64,000 bases of DNA, taken from positions 32,001 through 96,000 of the IMG/VR virus record IMGVR_UViG_2784746770_000001; one strand, written 5' to 3'. A program made the position numbers and the translations under genes. Shown here piece by piece: positions 27,673-36,407 of this stretch (the stretch's first letter is position 1; every line of letters begins with the position of its first letter). The notes under the pieces were generated by a model. It was given only the letters and a program-made list of their open reading frames with translations. It did no database searches and was not told the DNA's origin. The DNA comes from a virus (taxonomy: Duplodnaviria; Caudoviricetes).

Positions 27673-28352
27673 GAAGGCGTACCCCCTACCGCGGGGGTAC
27701 GCCTTCGTCGTTCACGTACGGCTTCGCTTCTGGGTACGGCTTCGCTTCTGGGTACGGCTTCGCCTTCGGGTACGCCTTCGCCTCTGGGTACGGCTTCGCC
27801 CGCTGGTACCCCTTCGCCTTCGGGTACGGCTTCGCCTTCGGGTACGGCTTCGCCTTCGGGTACGGCTTCGCCTTCGGGTACGGCTTCGCCTTCGGGTACG
27901 GCTTCGCCCTCGGGTACGCCTTCGGCCTCGGTACGTCTTCGTCGTTCACGTACGCCTTCGCCTCCGGTCCGGGTACGGCTTCGCATATTCGCAGGTCAGA
28001 TGGGGCGTACCTCGATGTACGCCTTCGAAGCTATCTCCAGACGTACGCCCCGTACGGATGACTGCGGAGCCTGCCATGTACGCCGGCCTTCCCCCGTGAA
28101 GGCGTACCCGCACGGACAGCAAGGCGTACCCCTACGTCTGGCCTGCACCGGCGCCCCGTACGCCTTCACGTGCACGGGTACGCCTTGGGCTCGGGGCCAA
28201 GGCGTACCCGTACGTCTTCGGGGCGTACCTTCCGGGAGGGCATGTACGCCTTGAGGGCGCACCGAGTCGTACCTTGGCGGAGAGAGATGGGCGTACATAC
28301 GCCGGAGGTTCAGGGCGTACGTACGCCTTCCCGGCAGGCGTACGTACGCCCT
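27673..28352. repeat. GTAC-core repeat array (18-bp tandem units, then dispersed copies in both orientations)
   Basis: Unit GTACGGCTTCGCCTTCGG at an exact 18-bp period from 27716 to 27931; 16 copies to about 27985; then about 20 more GGCGTAC/GTACGCC-type cores. Opens with the inverted repeat GAAGGCGTACCCCC-N6-GGGGGTACGCCTTC. Confidence 0.9.
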
Positions 28353-28453
28353 GAGCTCTCCGACGGGCGACGTGACGTGACGTGACGGGGCCGGATCATC
28401 ACGTCCCCCGGCCGCCCCGGAGGGACGGTTGCCGGAGCGCGAGGTGCGTCACG

Positions 28454-29857
28454 TCATGAGGTGGTCGGGCTTGGCACGATGGCGGCCTCGATCGCCTCGA
28501 TGTTGCGCGCCGGGACGTACATGCCGACGCTGCCGTACAGCTCCGCGGCCGCTGTCTGCCCTCTGGTAGTCATCGCGTCGAGGGTGGCCTGGCGGTGCTC
28601 CGCGATCAGTTTCTGCAGCCTGACCTGAGAGGTGATCTGCTTCAGGTCGGTCACCCCCTTCGGCAGGACCGAAGCGAGGTGTTCGTGGATCTCCTTGCCG
28701 AGCATGTCGGCCTGGAGCCGCGCCTCGATGAGCATCCTCGCCCGCGCCCTGTCCTGGGGGGTTTCCCGTTTCGGCGGAGCCTTCGGCGTCTTGGCCTTGC
28801 CGATGTCTTCCAGGGCCAGGGCGACGGCGGAGTTGGCGTTGACCTGGCCCCACGGGGAGGTGACGACGATGCGCTCCAGGGCCGCCGCGCCGAACCGGTC
28901 GCGGATGCCGGTCAGGGCCTCCTTGTCGGTCCGGGCGTCGTCGAGGAGCTTCTGGACTAGGGCGGGATCGGGCAGAGACGGCTCCTCCGCCTCATCCTCG
29001 GCGTCCGGGCGATCGCCGGCGGGTTCCTCCTCGCCGAGGTCGTCCTCCGCGGGCTCTTCCTCGCTGAGGTCGCTCTCGGAGGGGTGCAGCGTCGGCGGTA
29101 CGGCCCACGGGTCGTTCTCCGGGTCCGGGGTCCGGTTCTCCAGAGTCATCTGCGCCAGGAAGGCTTCGTGTGCGTCCGCGCGTGCCTGCTCGCGTTCGGC
29201 GATCTCGTCGGCCAGTTCGCGGCCGCGCCGGAGGACGTACTTCTCCAGCGTGATCTCGGGCTCGTCGGGGATGCGCGCCTGGAGCATTCCGTTGTCGGCC
29301 GCGACGTTGAGCACTTCGTGCAGCGCCTCGCGGCTGTACCAGACGTCGGGCCGACGAAGCCTGGCGAGGTAGGTGTCGATCGGGGAGCTCACGGCCGTCG
29401 GGTGGTCGCGGTCTCCGTCGTCCAGGTCGCCGGGCCGGACCTCGATCTTGAACGCCTGGAGCAAGGCGTACTTCTCAGCAGCGGTCATCGCCTTGTTCGA
29501 CGCCTTGTCGGAGACGTCGAACGCCTCGCCCACCGTGACGATTCCGGTGTCCATGACGTCGCCGGACGGGCCGCGGACGGCCCATCGGACCTGGATGATC
29601 GTCACGTTCATCTTGCCGCGGCTCTGGTGCTCTCTGCTGATGATCTCGGCGGGGAAGATCCGCAGGCCGTACTTCCGCATCGGGCCGGAGCAGGCCCGGA
29701 TCACGTCCTCCGCTTGGCGGAAGTTGTACTTCTGGTCCTGGTTGGTGCCGTCCTTGCCGATCGGCGCGATCTCTCGCTGAGCGGCGATGAACGCCTTGTC
29801 GACCGACCACGACGTCAGCTCGTCGAGGTCCGGCATGTCGAGAGTGGATTCGGCCAC
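28454..29857 (-). CDS. ERF-family single-strand annealing recombinase with long C-terminal extension
   Basis: IGKDGTNQDQKYNF...DKASNKAMTAAEKYALLQAF...DDGD are ERF motifs. Confidence 0.85.
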   Translation of the reverse strand: MAESTLDMPDLDELTSWSVDKAFIAAQREIAPIGKDGTNQDQKYNFRQAEDVIRACSGPMRKYGLRIFPAEIISREHQSRGKMNVTIIQVRWAVRGPSGDVMDTGIVTVGEAFDVSDKASNKAMTAAEKYALLQAFKIEVRPGDLDDGDRDHPTAVSSPIDTYLARLRRPDVWYSREALHEVLNVAADNGMLQARIPDEPEITLEKYVLRRGRELADEIAEREQARADAHEAFLAQMTLENRTPDPENDPWAVPPTLHPSESDLSEEEPAEDDLGEEEPAGDRPDAEDEAEEPSLPDPALVQKLLDDARTDKEALTGIRDRFGAAALERIVVTSPWGQVNANSAVALALEDIGKAKTPKAPPKRETPQDRARARMLIEARLQADMLGKEIHEHLASVLPKGVTDLKQITSQVRLQKLIAEHRQATLDAMTTRGQTAAAELYGSVGMYVPARNIEAIEAAIVPSPTTS

Positions 29858-29948
29858 GGGTGACCGCCTTCCTGGTTCTGGGGACCGAGCGTCCCGGCTC
29901 GCTCTTGCCGGGGCATGGTGCGCTGGGCGGACCCCTAAGATCGCGCCC

Positions 29949-29962
29949 TAACTCGGTGTACA
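29949..29962. promoter_or_regulatory. operator copy TAACTCGGTGTACA
   Basis: Matches the motif at 34788, 56313, 62993 and 63083; abuts a minus-strand TAAACT -10-like hexamer upstream of the ERF gene. Confidence 0.55.
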
Positions 29963-29973
29963 GTTTACCACTC

Positions 29974-30405
29974 TTAACGGCTGTGAGGTGGGGTGAACAG
30001 GCCGCTGACGGGGGCTTCCTGCGCCGGGTCCAGCAGCTCCTCGGCGTGCCGCCGGTACCAGGCGTCCAGTGCGCCGGCCGCGTCCGCCTCGTCTTCGGCG
30101 GACTCCGGAAGGGCCTCTGCCCACTGGAGCGTTCCGGCCTCGTACTGGCGGCGCAGCGTCTCCGCGTCACGCTGCGTGTGGTCCGCCAGCTCCTCCCACG
30201 ACGTTCCGTTCAAGAACTCGGCCCGGATCGTCCAGTCGAGCGCTTCCATGGAGAGCACCCGCAGACGACGGGCTGCGCGGAGCCGATCCTTGGCGGACGC
30301 CGGCGATGAGGTCTCGCCGACCATGGCGCGGGCGAGATCTGCTGTGGCGCGGGCGGCCTGGGCTGCGGCGAGACGGGCTGCGGCAACCTGGCGGCTGGGG
30401 TTCAT
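29974..30405 (-). CDS. hypothetical protein (HTH-like GTSWEELA)
   Basis: ORF in the leftward operon with suitable codon bias. Confidence 0.65.
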   Translation of the reverse strand: MNPSRQVAAARLAAAQAARATADLARAMVGETSSPASAKDRLRAARRLRVLSMEALDWTIRAEFLNGTSWEELADHTQRDAETLRRQYEAGTLQWAEALPESAEDEADAAGALDAWYRRHAEELLDPAQEAPVSGLFTPPHSR

Positions 30406-30438
30406 CGGTAGTGATCCGATCCGTGAGGAGAACGAAGC

Positions 30439-30470
30439 GGCGGGCGCCCCGAGGATACGGGGCGCCCGCC
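30439..30470 (-). terminator. hairpin terminator
   Basis: GGCGGGCGCCCCG-N6-CGGGGCGCCCGCC downstream of the DUF2637-like gene. Confidence 0.6.
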
Positions 30471-30492
30471 TTAGTGAATGGGAAGCCGCAGG

Positions 30493-31614
30493 TCAGCCGA
30501 CGCTTGCGAGCATCTTCTCGTCAGCGCCTTCGGCCGCCTGGCCCTCCTGTTGCTCTCGCGCGAAGCGCGCTTCGAACTCGGGCCGGATGTAGTTCCGGCC
30601 GCTCGCCGGGTTCTTGCCCAGGCGCAGGCCGAGCTTGGTGCCGTTGAGGTCGCCGCCCTGTCGGAAGCGGTGCTCCTCGCCCGCCAGCATGGCTTCGCGC
30701 CACTCCTTGTACAGGAGCTCCTTGCGCTCCTCGATGGGCAGGTCCGGACGCAGCTCCACTGTGCTGCCTTCCTTCGGCGCGGGCGGCTGCTGCGCGGGCA
30801 CAGGAACCGCGGCAGGAACACCCGTCGGCACAGGCCCCTCGGCAGGCGTGGCCTCCGCAGTCGACTGCTGCTCGGGAGACTGAGCGGGGGGAGGGGTGGG
30901 CGCCTTGGCCGGGACAGCCTCCAGGTTCGGCTGCTGCGCGGGAACTCCGCCCTGCCCGACCCACAGCGGCGTCCGCTTCCGGGGGGCGTCGGGCTTCCGG
31001 CGCCGGGCGGCCTCCTTGGTCTCGACCGGCACGGAGGGGACCACCGTGGCGCCCGAGGATACGACGGCGGCCGTGCCGGTGGAGTCGGACCAGTCGGATC
31101 CGGCGCCGTTCTTCCGGACGAAGCCGCTGATGTGGAGCCCGAAGGAGCCGCCGAGCGGGACCATGGCCGCCACGGCGCTGCCGACGCCGTACACCCACAT
31201 CTTGTGCTGGACCATCACGGCCGGCGCCTTGCCGGAGGCGAACCACTCGGAGAGCGCCACGACCGCGTGCCCGACGTTGGCGGCCACCGAGATGCACAGC
31301 AGGAACCCGAAGATCGCCCACAGGCTCCAGTAGTACCCGGCCTCCTGGCCGTCGGGGGTGCGCTTGCGGATCGAGGTGACGGCCCCGGCGTTGAAGGCGA
31401 GCAGTATCTCCAGCGACCCGGCCATCGCGGCGGCCGCGAACGAGGGGAAGCCGATCAGGGTTCCGGCCCAGTGGAGCTGGTACAGGGAGGCGAGCATCAT
31501 GCCGAAGCTCGCACCGGCCGCGCCGAGTCGGAGGTTGCGGTGCCAGTCACGCAGTTCGCGCTCGCCTTGCGTGATCTCCCGCAGAACGGTCTTCGGGTTC
31601 CTGGATGCGGCCAC
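30493..31614 (-). CDS. DUF2637/Spd-like membrane protein with C-terminal HTH-like segment
   Basis: Four TM helices with S..AN..H motif (ISVAANVGHA), Pro-rich linker, terminal LNGTKLGLRLG; AGGAAGGA RBS. Confidence 0.7.
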   Translation of the reverse strand: MAASRNPKTVLREITQGERELRDWHRNLRLGAAGASFGMMLASLYQLHWAGTLIGFPSFAAAAMAGSLEILLAFNAGAVTSIRKRTPDGQEAGYYWSLWAIFGFLLCISVAANVGHAVVALSEWFASGKAPAVMVQHKMWVYGVGSAVAAMVPLGGSFGLHISGFVRKNGAGSDWSDSTGTAAVVSSGATVVPSVPVETKEAARRRKPDAPRKRTPLWVGQGGVPAQQPNLEAVPAKAPTPPPAQSPEQQSTAEATPAEGPVPTGVPAAVPVPAQQPPAPKEGSTVELRPDLPIEERKELLYKEWREAMLAGEEHRFRQGGDLNGTKLGLRLGKNPASGRNYIRPEFEARFAREQQEGQAAEGADEKMLASVG

Positions 31615-31771
31615 GGCGCAGAGTCCTTCCTGAGCGACTGCCAGAGCCCTCGCTCTTGAGCGTCTGGTCGCGCGCAGTCTAGATCAGATTGCCGGGTCTC
31701 TGCCGGAACACGGCATGCCGAACCGGGGCCCGGCGGCGAACTGCCCGCCGAGCCCCGTTCCGTTGCCGTCG

Positions 31772-32605
31772 TCACCAGCGGATCGGCTGCCGCCGGTCCT
31801 CTCCGACCATCTTGAAGTGGGCCGCCTGGCTGCCCATCCGGGACGCGAACCGTTCACCCAGGACCTCGGCAACCTGATCGAAGGACAGGTTCGTGGTGAA
31901 CAGGGTCGCCCGGCCGCTGTGCAGGCGGGCGTTCAGCAGCTCCGCCGTCTCGGTCCGCACGAAGGTCGTGGCGTACTCGTCCAGCTCGTTGCACAGGTCG
32001 TCGAAGATGAGCAGGTCGCACCGCTCGTAGTACTCCCGGACCTGGAGCGGGGTGAGCCCGGACGGGGCCGAGTTCGGCCGCAGCCACGACAGATACCGTG
32101 AGTGTCCGACGAAGCGCACCATCAGCCCCTCCTCGACCCCGTACGCACCGGCCGCAGCCGCAGCGACGGTCTTCCCGGCGCCGATATTGCCCGACATGAT
32201 CCCGTTCAGCCGGGGCGCGCGCTTGAACTGCCGCTGGTGCTCCGGCAGCCACATCTGCGCCCGGTTGTGGCGGCGCACCGTGGCCAGAGAGTTGACGAAC
32301 TTCCGCAGCCGATCGGGATGCTGCGCTTCCTCCAGCCGGTCCAGGCTGTACCGCTTGTAGTCCGCGTGCCCAGCCAGCGTCAGGCTGTTGACCCACGCCT
32401 GACGGTTCACCTGGATCTGGTAGGCGTCCGTGCCGTCGGGGCGATCTTCGAACACCTGCACGGCCGCGGGATCCACGCCCCGGGACTGCAAGATCCGCAT
32501 GACGTTCGCGACCGCCGCGTTGACGGCGGGTACGACGGACTTCTCCACCTCGGGGACGGCCAGGGTCATGGCCATGTCGGCGCTCCTCTCGTCAGCGTCA
32601 GACAT
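31772..32605 (-). CDS. DnaC/IstB-like AAA+ helicase loader
   Basis: GNIGAGKT, LLIFDDL, TLFTTNL, ERFASRM, GEDRR. Confidence 0.88.
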   Translation of the reverse strand: MSDADERSADMAMTLAVPEVEKSVVPAVNAAVANVMRILQSRGVDPAAVQVFEDRPDGTDAYQIQVNRQAWVNSLTLAGHADYKRYSLDRLEEAQHPDRLRKFVNSLATVRRHNRAQMWLPEHQRQFKRAPRLNGIMSGNIGAGKTVAAAAAGAYGVEEGLMVRFVGHSRYLSWLRPNSAPSGLTPLQVREYYERCDLLIFDDLCNELDEYATTFVRTETAELLNARLHSGRATLFTTNLSFDQVAEVLGERFASRMGSQAAHFKMVGEDRRQPIRW

Positions 32606-33686
32606 CGTCGAGAACGGCGAACTCGTCCTCGGGCGGCACAGGCGGCTGCGCCGGGACGGTTGCCGGGTCGGTCGTCTTGTCCTCGGTCCACTGGTTGTCG
32701 CGGTACAGACGCGGCCGCTCGGCGCCGGACGGCACGGGCTGCACGCCGCTGACCTTCCGCAGCGCCCGCTCGAACACGCTGCGGTGCGGAAGCCACTGGG
32801 CGCCAAGTACGAGCGCGGCCATGACCTGGCGGGGCTCGTACGGGTGCGGCTGCGCTGTCAGGGCCTGGCGAATCAGGGTCCGCACCCCGAGGAAGCCTCT
32901 CTGGGCCTCGCCCATGAAGCTGGTCATCTTCTTGGCCTCAACGAGCTTGGGCGCTTCCACGTCCCACCAGCGGTGCGCGCCCTCGTCGGCGAGCTTGTCC
33001 AAGCGGATGTCCTCGGGCGTCTTCTCCTTCTTACGGCTCGGGGCCTTGGGCTTCGGCGCCGGCTCCGGGGCGGGGGCGTTGCTCGGTTCGGCCGGGGGCT
33101 GCGGGGCGGCCTTCTTCGCGCGGGCCGGAGCCGCCTTCTTCGCCGCCGGGCGTGCCGCAGCATCGACAGCAGCCGGCTCGGAAGGAGAGGTGGCCGTGGT
33201 GGATGCGGCCTTCTTCGCGGCCTTCTTCGCCGCCTTGGCCTCCTTCATCTCCTGGACCTTCACGCGGTACCAGGCGTAGAACTCCGCCAGGTTCTTCGGG
33301 CCGGTGTAGTCCTCCGGCGGCGTCTCGTGGACGAAATAGATCTTCTTGACGCTGCCGTCCGGGCGCCGGTTGAGGCTGCCGTCCGGGCGCCGGTCCTCGT
33401 CGATGGTGATGGCCCCGACCTTCGAGAGCTGCCGGAGGTAGGGGTCGACGGACTGCTCGCGGGTCCAGCCGAGCATCATCGAGAGGGCGAGGCGGGTCGG
33501 CCACACCTTGCCGTCGCTCCGGCTGACGTTGACGTGGGCCGCGAGCGCGTCGTACAGAGCCTTCGCCTGCGGATCGAGGTCCGGGCAGACGGTGACCCAC
33601 TCGGGCACCATCGTGAACGGCGCCGCGCGGCGGCCGGCGGCGATCCTCAGCTGCTCGTCGACGTCGGCGAGGTCCTGGTCGCTCAC
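32598..33686 (-). CDS. phage replication initiator (N-terminal wHTH)
   Basis: FTMVPEWV...AKALYDAL...VWPTRLALS...YLRQL; coupled to the DnaC-like gene. Confidence 0.8.
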   Translation of the reverse strand: MSDQDLADVDEQLRIAAGRRAAPFTMVPEWVTVCPDLDPQAKALYDALAAHVNVSRSDGKVWPTRLALSMMLGWTREQSVDPYLRQLSKVGAITIDEDRRPDGSLNRRPDGSVKKIYFVHETPPEDYTGPKNLAEFYAWYRVKVQEMKEAKAAKKAAKKAASTTATSPSEPAAVDAAARPAAKKAAPARAKKAAPQPPAEPSNAPAPEPAPKPKAPSRKKEKTPEDIRLDKLADEGAHRWWDVEAPKLVEAKKMTSFMGEAQRGFLGVRTLIRQALTAQPHPYEPRQVMAALVLGAQWLPHRSVFERALRKVSGVQPVPSGAERPRLYRDNQWTEDKTTDPATVPAQPPVPPEDEFAVLDDV

Positions 33687-33991
33687 TTCGCGGCCTCCGC
33701 GGTCTCGACGGGCGTACGCAGGCGGTAGGTGACGACGCGTCGGTCCGAGCCGTCCACACGGCGCGGCTCGAAGGAGCGGTCCAGCAGCCCCTCAGCGACG
33801 AGCGCGGCCAGCGTGGGGCGGGCCTGGTGGTGCTCGATCCTCAGCTGCTGTGCGAGCTGTCCGCACGTGTACCAGGTGTCCACCTCGACGTCGCGCGTCA
33901 GTCGGTAGAGGCGCCGGAAGGCGGTGTCGTTGATTTCCGGGGTGTCGGCGAGGTCGAGCAGGGCGAGGCGGGTGTTCCTCGACGGTCTCAC
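33683..33991 (-). CDS. small winged-helix protein
   Basis: QLAQQL...TLAALVAEGLL...YRL; GTGA overlap with the next gene. Confidence 0.65.
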   Translation of the reverse strand: MRPSRNTRLALLDLADTPEINDTAFRRLYRLTRDVEVDTWYTCGQLAQQLRIEHHQARPTLAALVAEGLLDRSFEPRRVDGSDRRVVTYRLRTPVETAEAAK

Positions 33992-34067
33992 GGTGGTTCC
34001 TTGCGGCAGAGCCCAGCCCCGGCAGGGGCTGGGAAGGGAGCGGATCAGGCTGCGGAGGCGGAGCGGA

Positions 34068-34628
34068 TCACCGCTCGCGCTCCGGAACCGGGTCGCTCTG
34101 CTGCTCGTCGTCGGCCGGGGCGATCATCGGCAGCGCCTTCGTAGTGGGCCCGAAGAGCTGTTCCACCACGGCTCGCACCGCGGCTCGTCCGCCCTCGGTC
34201 CAGGAGGGGCTGACGGAGATGGTGTCGCCACCCGGGTCGTAGCCGACGCCCGGGATCGGCTCGCCGGTGCGCTTGTCGAAGGCGGTCTCGGTCGCGGCGT
34301 CCCAGACCGCGTTCCTGAGCGTGGCCTTCTCGAAGGCGGGGTTGACGACGAACCGGGCCTCGCCCTTCTCGTCGGCGAACTCCAGGAAGGCTTCCGTGTC
34401 CTCGACGAAGAAGGACGGCTTCCTGTGGGACTCCGTGAACGTGACGGCGAGCTGTCCGTCCAGGGCCGCGGTCGTGCTGCGCAGGCTCGGCGTGTTCTTG
34501 ATGTACTCCTGGTTCGCCATGATGTGGGGGTCGCAAAGGTTGTTGAAGAACTCCTTGACGCCGTAGGCGACCATCGCGCGCTGCGCCAGCTCCGCCGCCG
34601 TGGGGGGCGTGGTCTCGTTGGTGCTCAT
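34068..34628 (-). CDS. hypothetical phage protein
   Basis: AAAGG upstream; DKRTGEPIPGV motif common in actinophage Gam-like or recombination-region proteins (inference). Confidence 0.7.
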   Translation of the reverse strand: MSTNETTPPTAAELAQRAMVAYGVKEFFNNLCDPHIMANQEYIKNTPSLRSTTAALDGQLAVTFTESHRKPSFFVEDTEAFLEFADEKGEARFVVNPAFEKATLRNAVWDAATETAFDKRTGEPIPGVGYDPGGDTISVSPSWTEGGRAAVRAVVEQLFGPTTKALPMIAPADDEQQSDPVPERER

Positions 34629-34787
34629 GGGGTGTTCTGCCTTTCTGGGAAGCCGGTTCGCTCTTGCCGGCTGGGGGTGCGGATCCTGTGTCCCGGTCGC
34701 CTGCACGCCTATGGACGGAGTGGCACGCGATTCCGTTACACCAGACCCTGCGCACCTGCCCGCTCAGGACAGTTGCACGATCGTAAC

Positions 34788-34801
34788 TGTACACCAACTT
34801 A
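34788..34801 (-). promoter_or_regulatory. operator overlapping the -10 (TACAGT) of the leftward replication promoter
   Basis: TGTACACCAACTTA, identical to 56313-56326. Confidence 0.65.
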
Positions 34802-34834
34802 CGATGCGTGTGGAGAGTCGACCAGCCGCCCCAA

Positions 34835-34862
34835 GACACAAGCGCCCCTACCCATCTACGTT
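34835..34862 (+). promoter_or_regulatory. late promoter motif copy
   Basis: GACACAA-N15-TACGTT, divergent from the replication operon. Confidence 0.7.
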
Positions 34863-34867
34863 CCACT

Positions 34868-35047
34868 GGCCTGCGAGAAGCCCGACCGCGGAACGCGCAC
34901 CCGCGAACGGGCCTCCAGGCCCGCCGCGCTCTGTCCGGACACACCCAGGGGCGCGGCGGCACGGGGCAGGCGGCCCGGCCCGGCCATGACGGCACGTCCC
35001 GGTAGCGAGACGGGACGCCGCGGTTGAAGTCCGCGGGCTCGCTGGCC
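34868..35047 (+). ncRNA. candidate structured RNA or leader with a T-arm-like hairpin
   Basis: The ends pair (GGCC-T-GCGAG with CTCGC-T-GGCC); several internal hairpins including CCGCGG-TTGAAGT-CCGCGG. Confidence 0.4.
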
Positions 35048-35091
35048 GGCCGCCGCCCCTCACCCCCGCCGGTGCGCCGAACGGACCCGCG

Positions 35092-35715
35092 ATGACCCTC
35101 ACAGCCCCCCGCTACATCACCTACGTCCCGCTCACCGACCTCCCCGTCGACCCGGCCAACCCGAAGAGCCACGAGATCGAGCGCGTCATCGCCTCCATCA
35201 CCGACCACGGCTTCGTGGAGACCGTCGTCGCCGACGAGCGCACCAGCATGCTCATCGCCGGCCACGGCCGCCGCGAGGCCCTGATCGAGATGCAGATACG
35301 CGGCCTGCCGCTGCCCGACGGCCTCCTCCTGGACGACGACGGCGGATGGCTCGTCCCCGTCACCCGCGGCTGGGCCTCCAGGAACGACCGCCAGGCCCGC
35401 GCCCTCCTCATTCTCCTCAACCGCCTCCCCGAGGCCGGCGGGTGGCTGCCCGGCCCGCTCGCCACCATCCTCGAAGACCTTGCCACCGCAGACCCCGACC
35501 TCCTCGACTCGCTGTGCTTCACCGACGACGAGATGGAGAACCTCCTCCGACAGGTCGACCCCGAGACCCTGCCCCAGGGCCCCGACGGCACCGCATCGCC
35601 CGAGCACGACGACCTGTACAGCGGCGGCGACGGCCTCGCCGACAGCGGCGACAACGACCGCGCCACCACCACGTGCTGCCCGGCCTGCGGACACATCTTC
35701 TCGCCGGGACGCTAG
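35092..35715 (+). CDS. ParB/Srx N-terminal domain protein with C-terminal CxxC
   Basis: NPKSH...SITDHGF...LIAGHGRREAL; terminal CPACGH. Confidence 0.8.
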   Translation: MTLTAPRYITYVPLTDLPVDPANPKSHEIERVIASITDHGFVETVVADERTSMLIAGHGRREALIEMQIRGLPLPDGLLLDDDGGWLVPVTRGWASRNDRQARALLILLNRLPEAGGWLPGPLATILEDLATADPDLLDSLCFTDDEMENLLRQVDPETLPQGPDGTASPEHDDLYSGGDGLADSGDNDRATTTCCPACGHIFSPGR

Positions 35716-35742
35716 ACCCTCCGCTGATCTAGGTTCCGGCCC

Positions 35743-36333
35743 ATGCCTCGACGTAAAGACCGGCGCCGTGCCAGACCGCGCGCCCAGCTCCTCACCACCG
35801 AGGTCGAGGCGCGGCTCATCGAGGCCACCCGCATGGGCCTGTCGGTTGACCTGGCCGCGGTCAACGCCGGCATCTCCCGCTCGACCTTCCTGCGCTGGCG
35901 CCGCATCGGCCACCACGAGCTCCAGGACCGCGAGAACGGCGCCGAGCCCAACCCCGAGAACGACCAACTCGTCGACTTCTTCCAGAAGATCGAGCAGGCC
36001 CGCGCCAACGCCGCCTTCCAGGCCGCCCTCGACATCCGCCGCGCGGCCCGAGGCGGCCTCGTCACCACGCACAGGAAGTTCGACCCGCACACGGGCAAGG
36101 TCATCGAGGAGACCATCACCACGCCCCCCGACTGGAGGGCCGCCGCCTGGTACCTCGAACGCCAGCACCGCAAGCAGTACGGCAAGGAAGACCACCTGGA
36201 GATCGAGCTCACCGGCGCCGCCGGTGGCCCGGTCACCGTCCACAACCAGGGGGCCGACGACCTCGCCAGCCGCCTGTCCGAGACCCTGTTCGCCCTCCAG
36301 TACCCCGACGCCGAAGACGAGCCGGAGACCTGA
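35743..36333 (+). CDS. terminase small subunit-like HTH protein
   Basis: AAVNAGISRSTFLRW, DWRAAAWYLER...YG, ELTGAAGGPV pattern. Confidence 0.7.
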   Translation: MPRRKDRRRARPRAQLLTTEVEARLIEATRMGLSVDLAAVNAGISRSTFLRWRRIGHHELQDRENGAEPNPENDQLVDFFQKIEQARANAAFQAALDIRRAARGGLVTTHRKFDPHTGKVIEETITTPPDWRAAAWYLERQHRKQYGKEDHLEIELTGAAGGPVTVHNQGADDLASRLSETLFALQYPDAEDEPET

Positions 36334-36339
36334 GCCCGC

Positions 36340-36367
36340 GACACAAGCACCCCAGGCCCCCCATGGT
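36340..36367 (+). promoter_or_regulatory. late promoter motif copy
   Basis: GACACAA-N15-CATGGT upstream of the endolysin gene. Confidence 0.7.
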
Positions 36368-36407
36368 GCTCCCTCCCAGCTCACCCACGACGGAGGAAGC
36401 CACACCC

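Noticed and set aside
27669-28099. ORFs across the repeat array (PKAKPY, PEGEAV and VRLRLR repeats)
   Set aside because: Several frames are open simply because the 18-mer has no stop codon; there is no RBS, and the motif continues in both orientations and out of frame.
27673-28352. CRISPR array
   Set aside because: Units are contiguous tandem repeats without unique spacers, and no cas genes are present.
35018-35047. Canonical tRNA gene
   Set aside because: Only a T-arm-like hairpin; no D arm, anticodon arm or CCA end in tRNA geometry. Kept as an ncRNA candidate instead.
35092-35715. The ParB partner of the ParA at 12718
   Set aside because: It has only the ParB/Srx N-terminal domain with no HTH, lies 21 kb away under a late promoter, and is next to a terS-like gene, a common context unrelated to partition.
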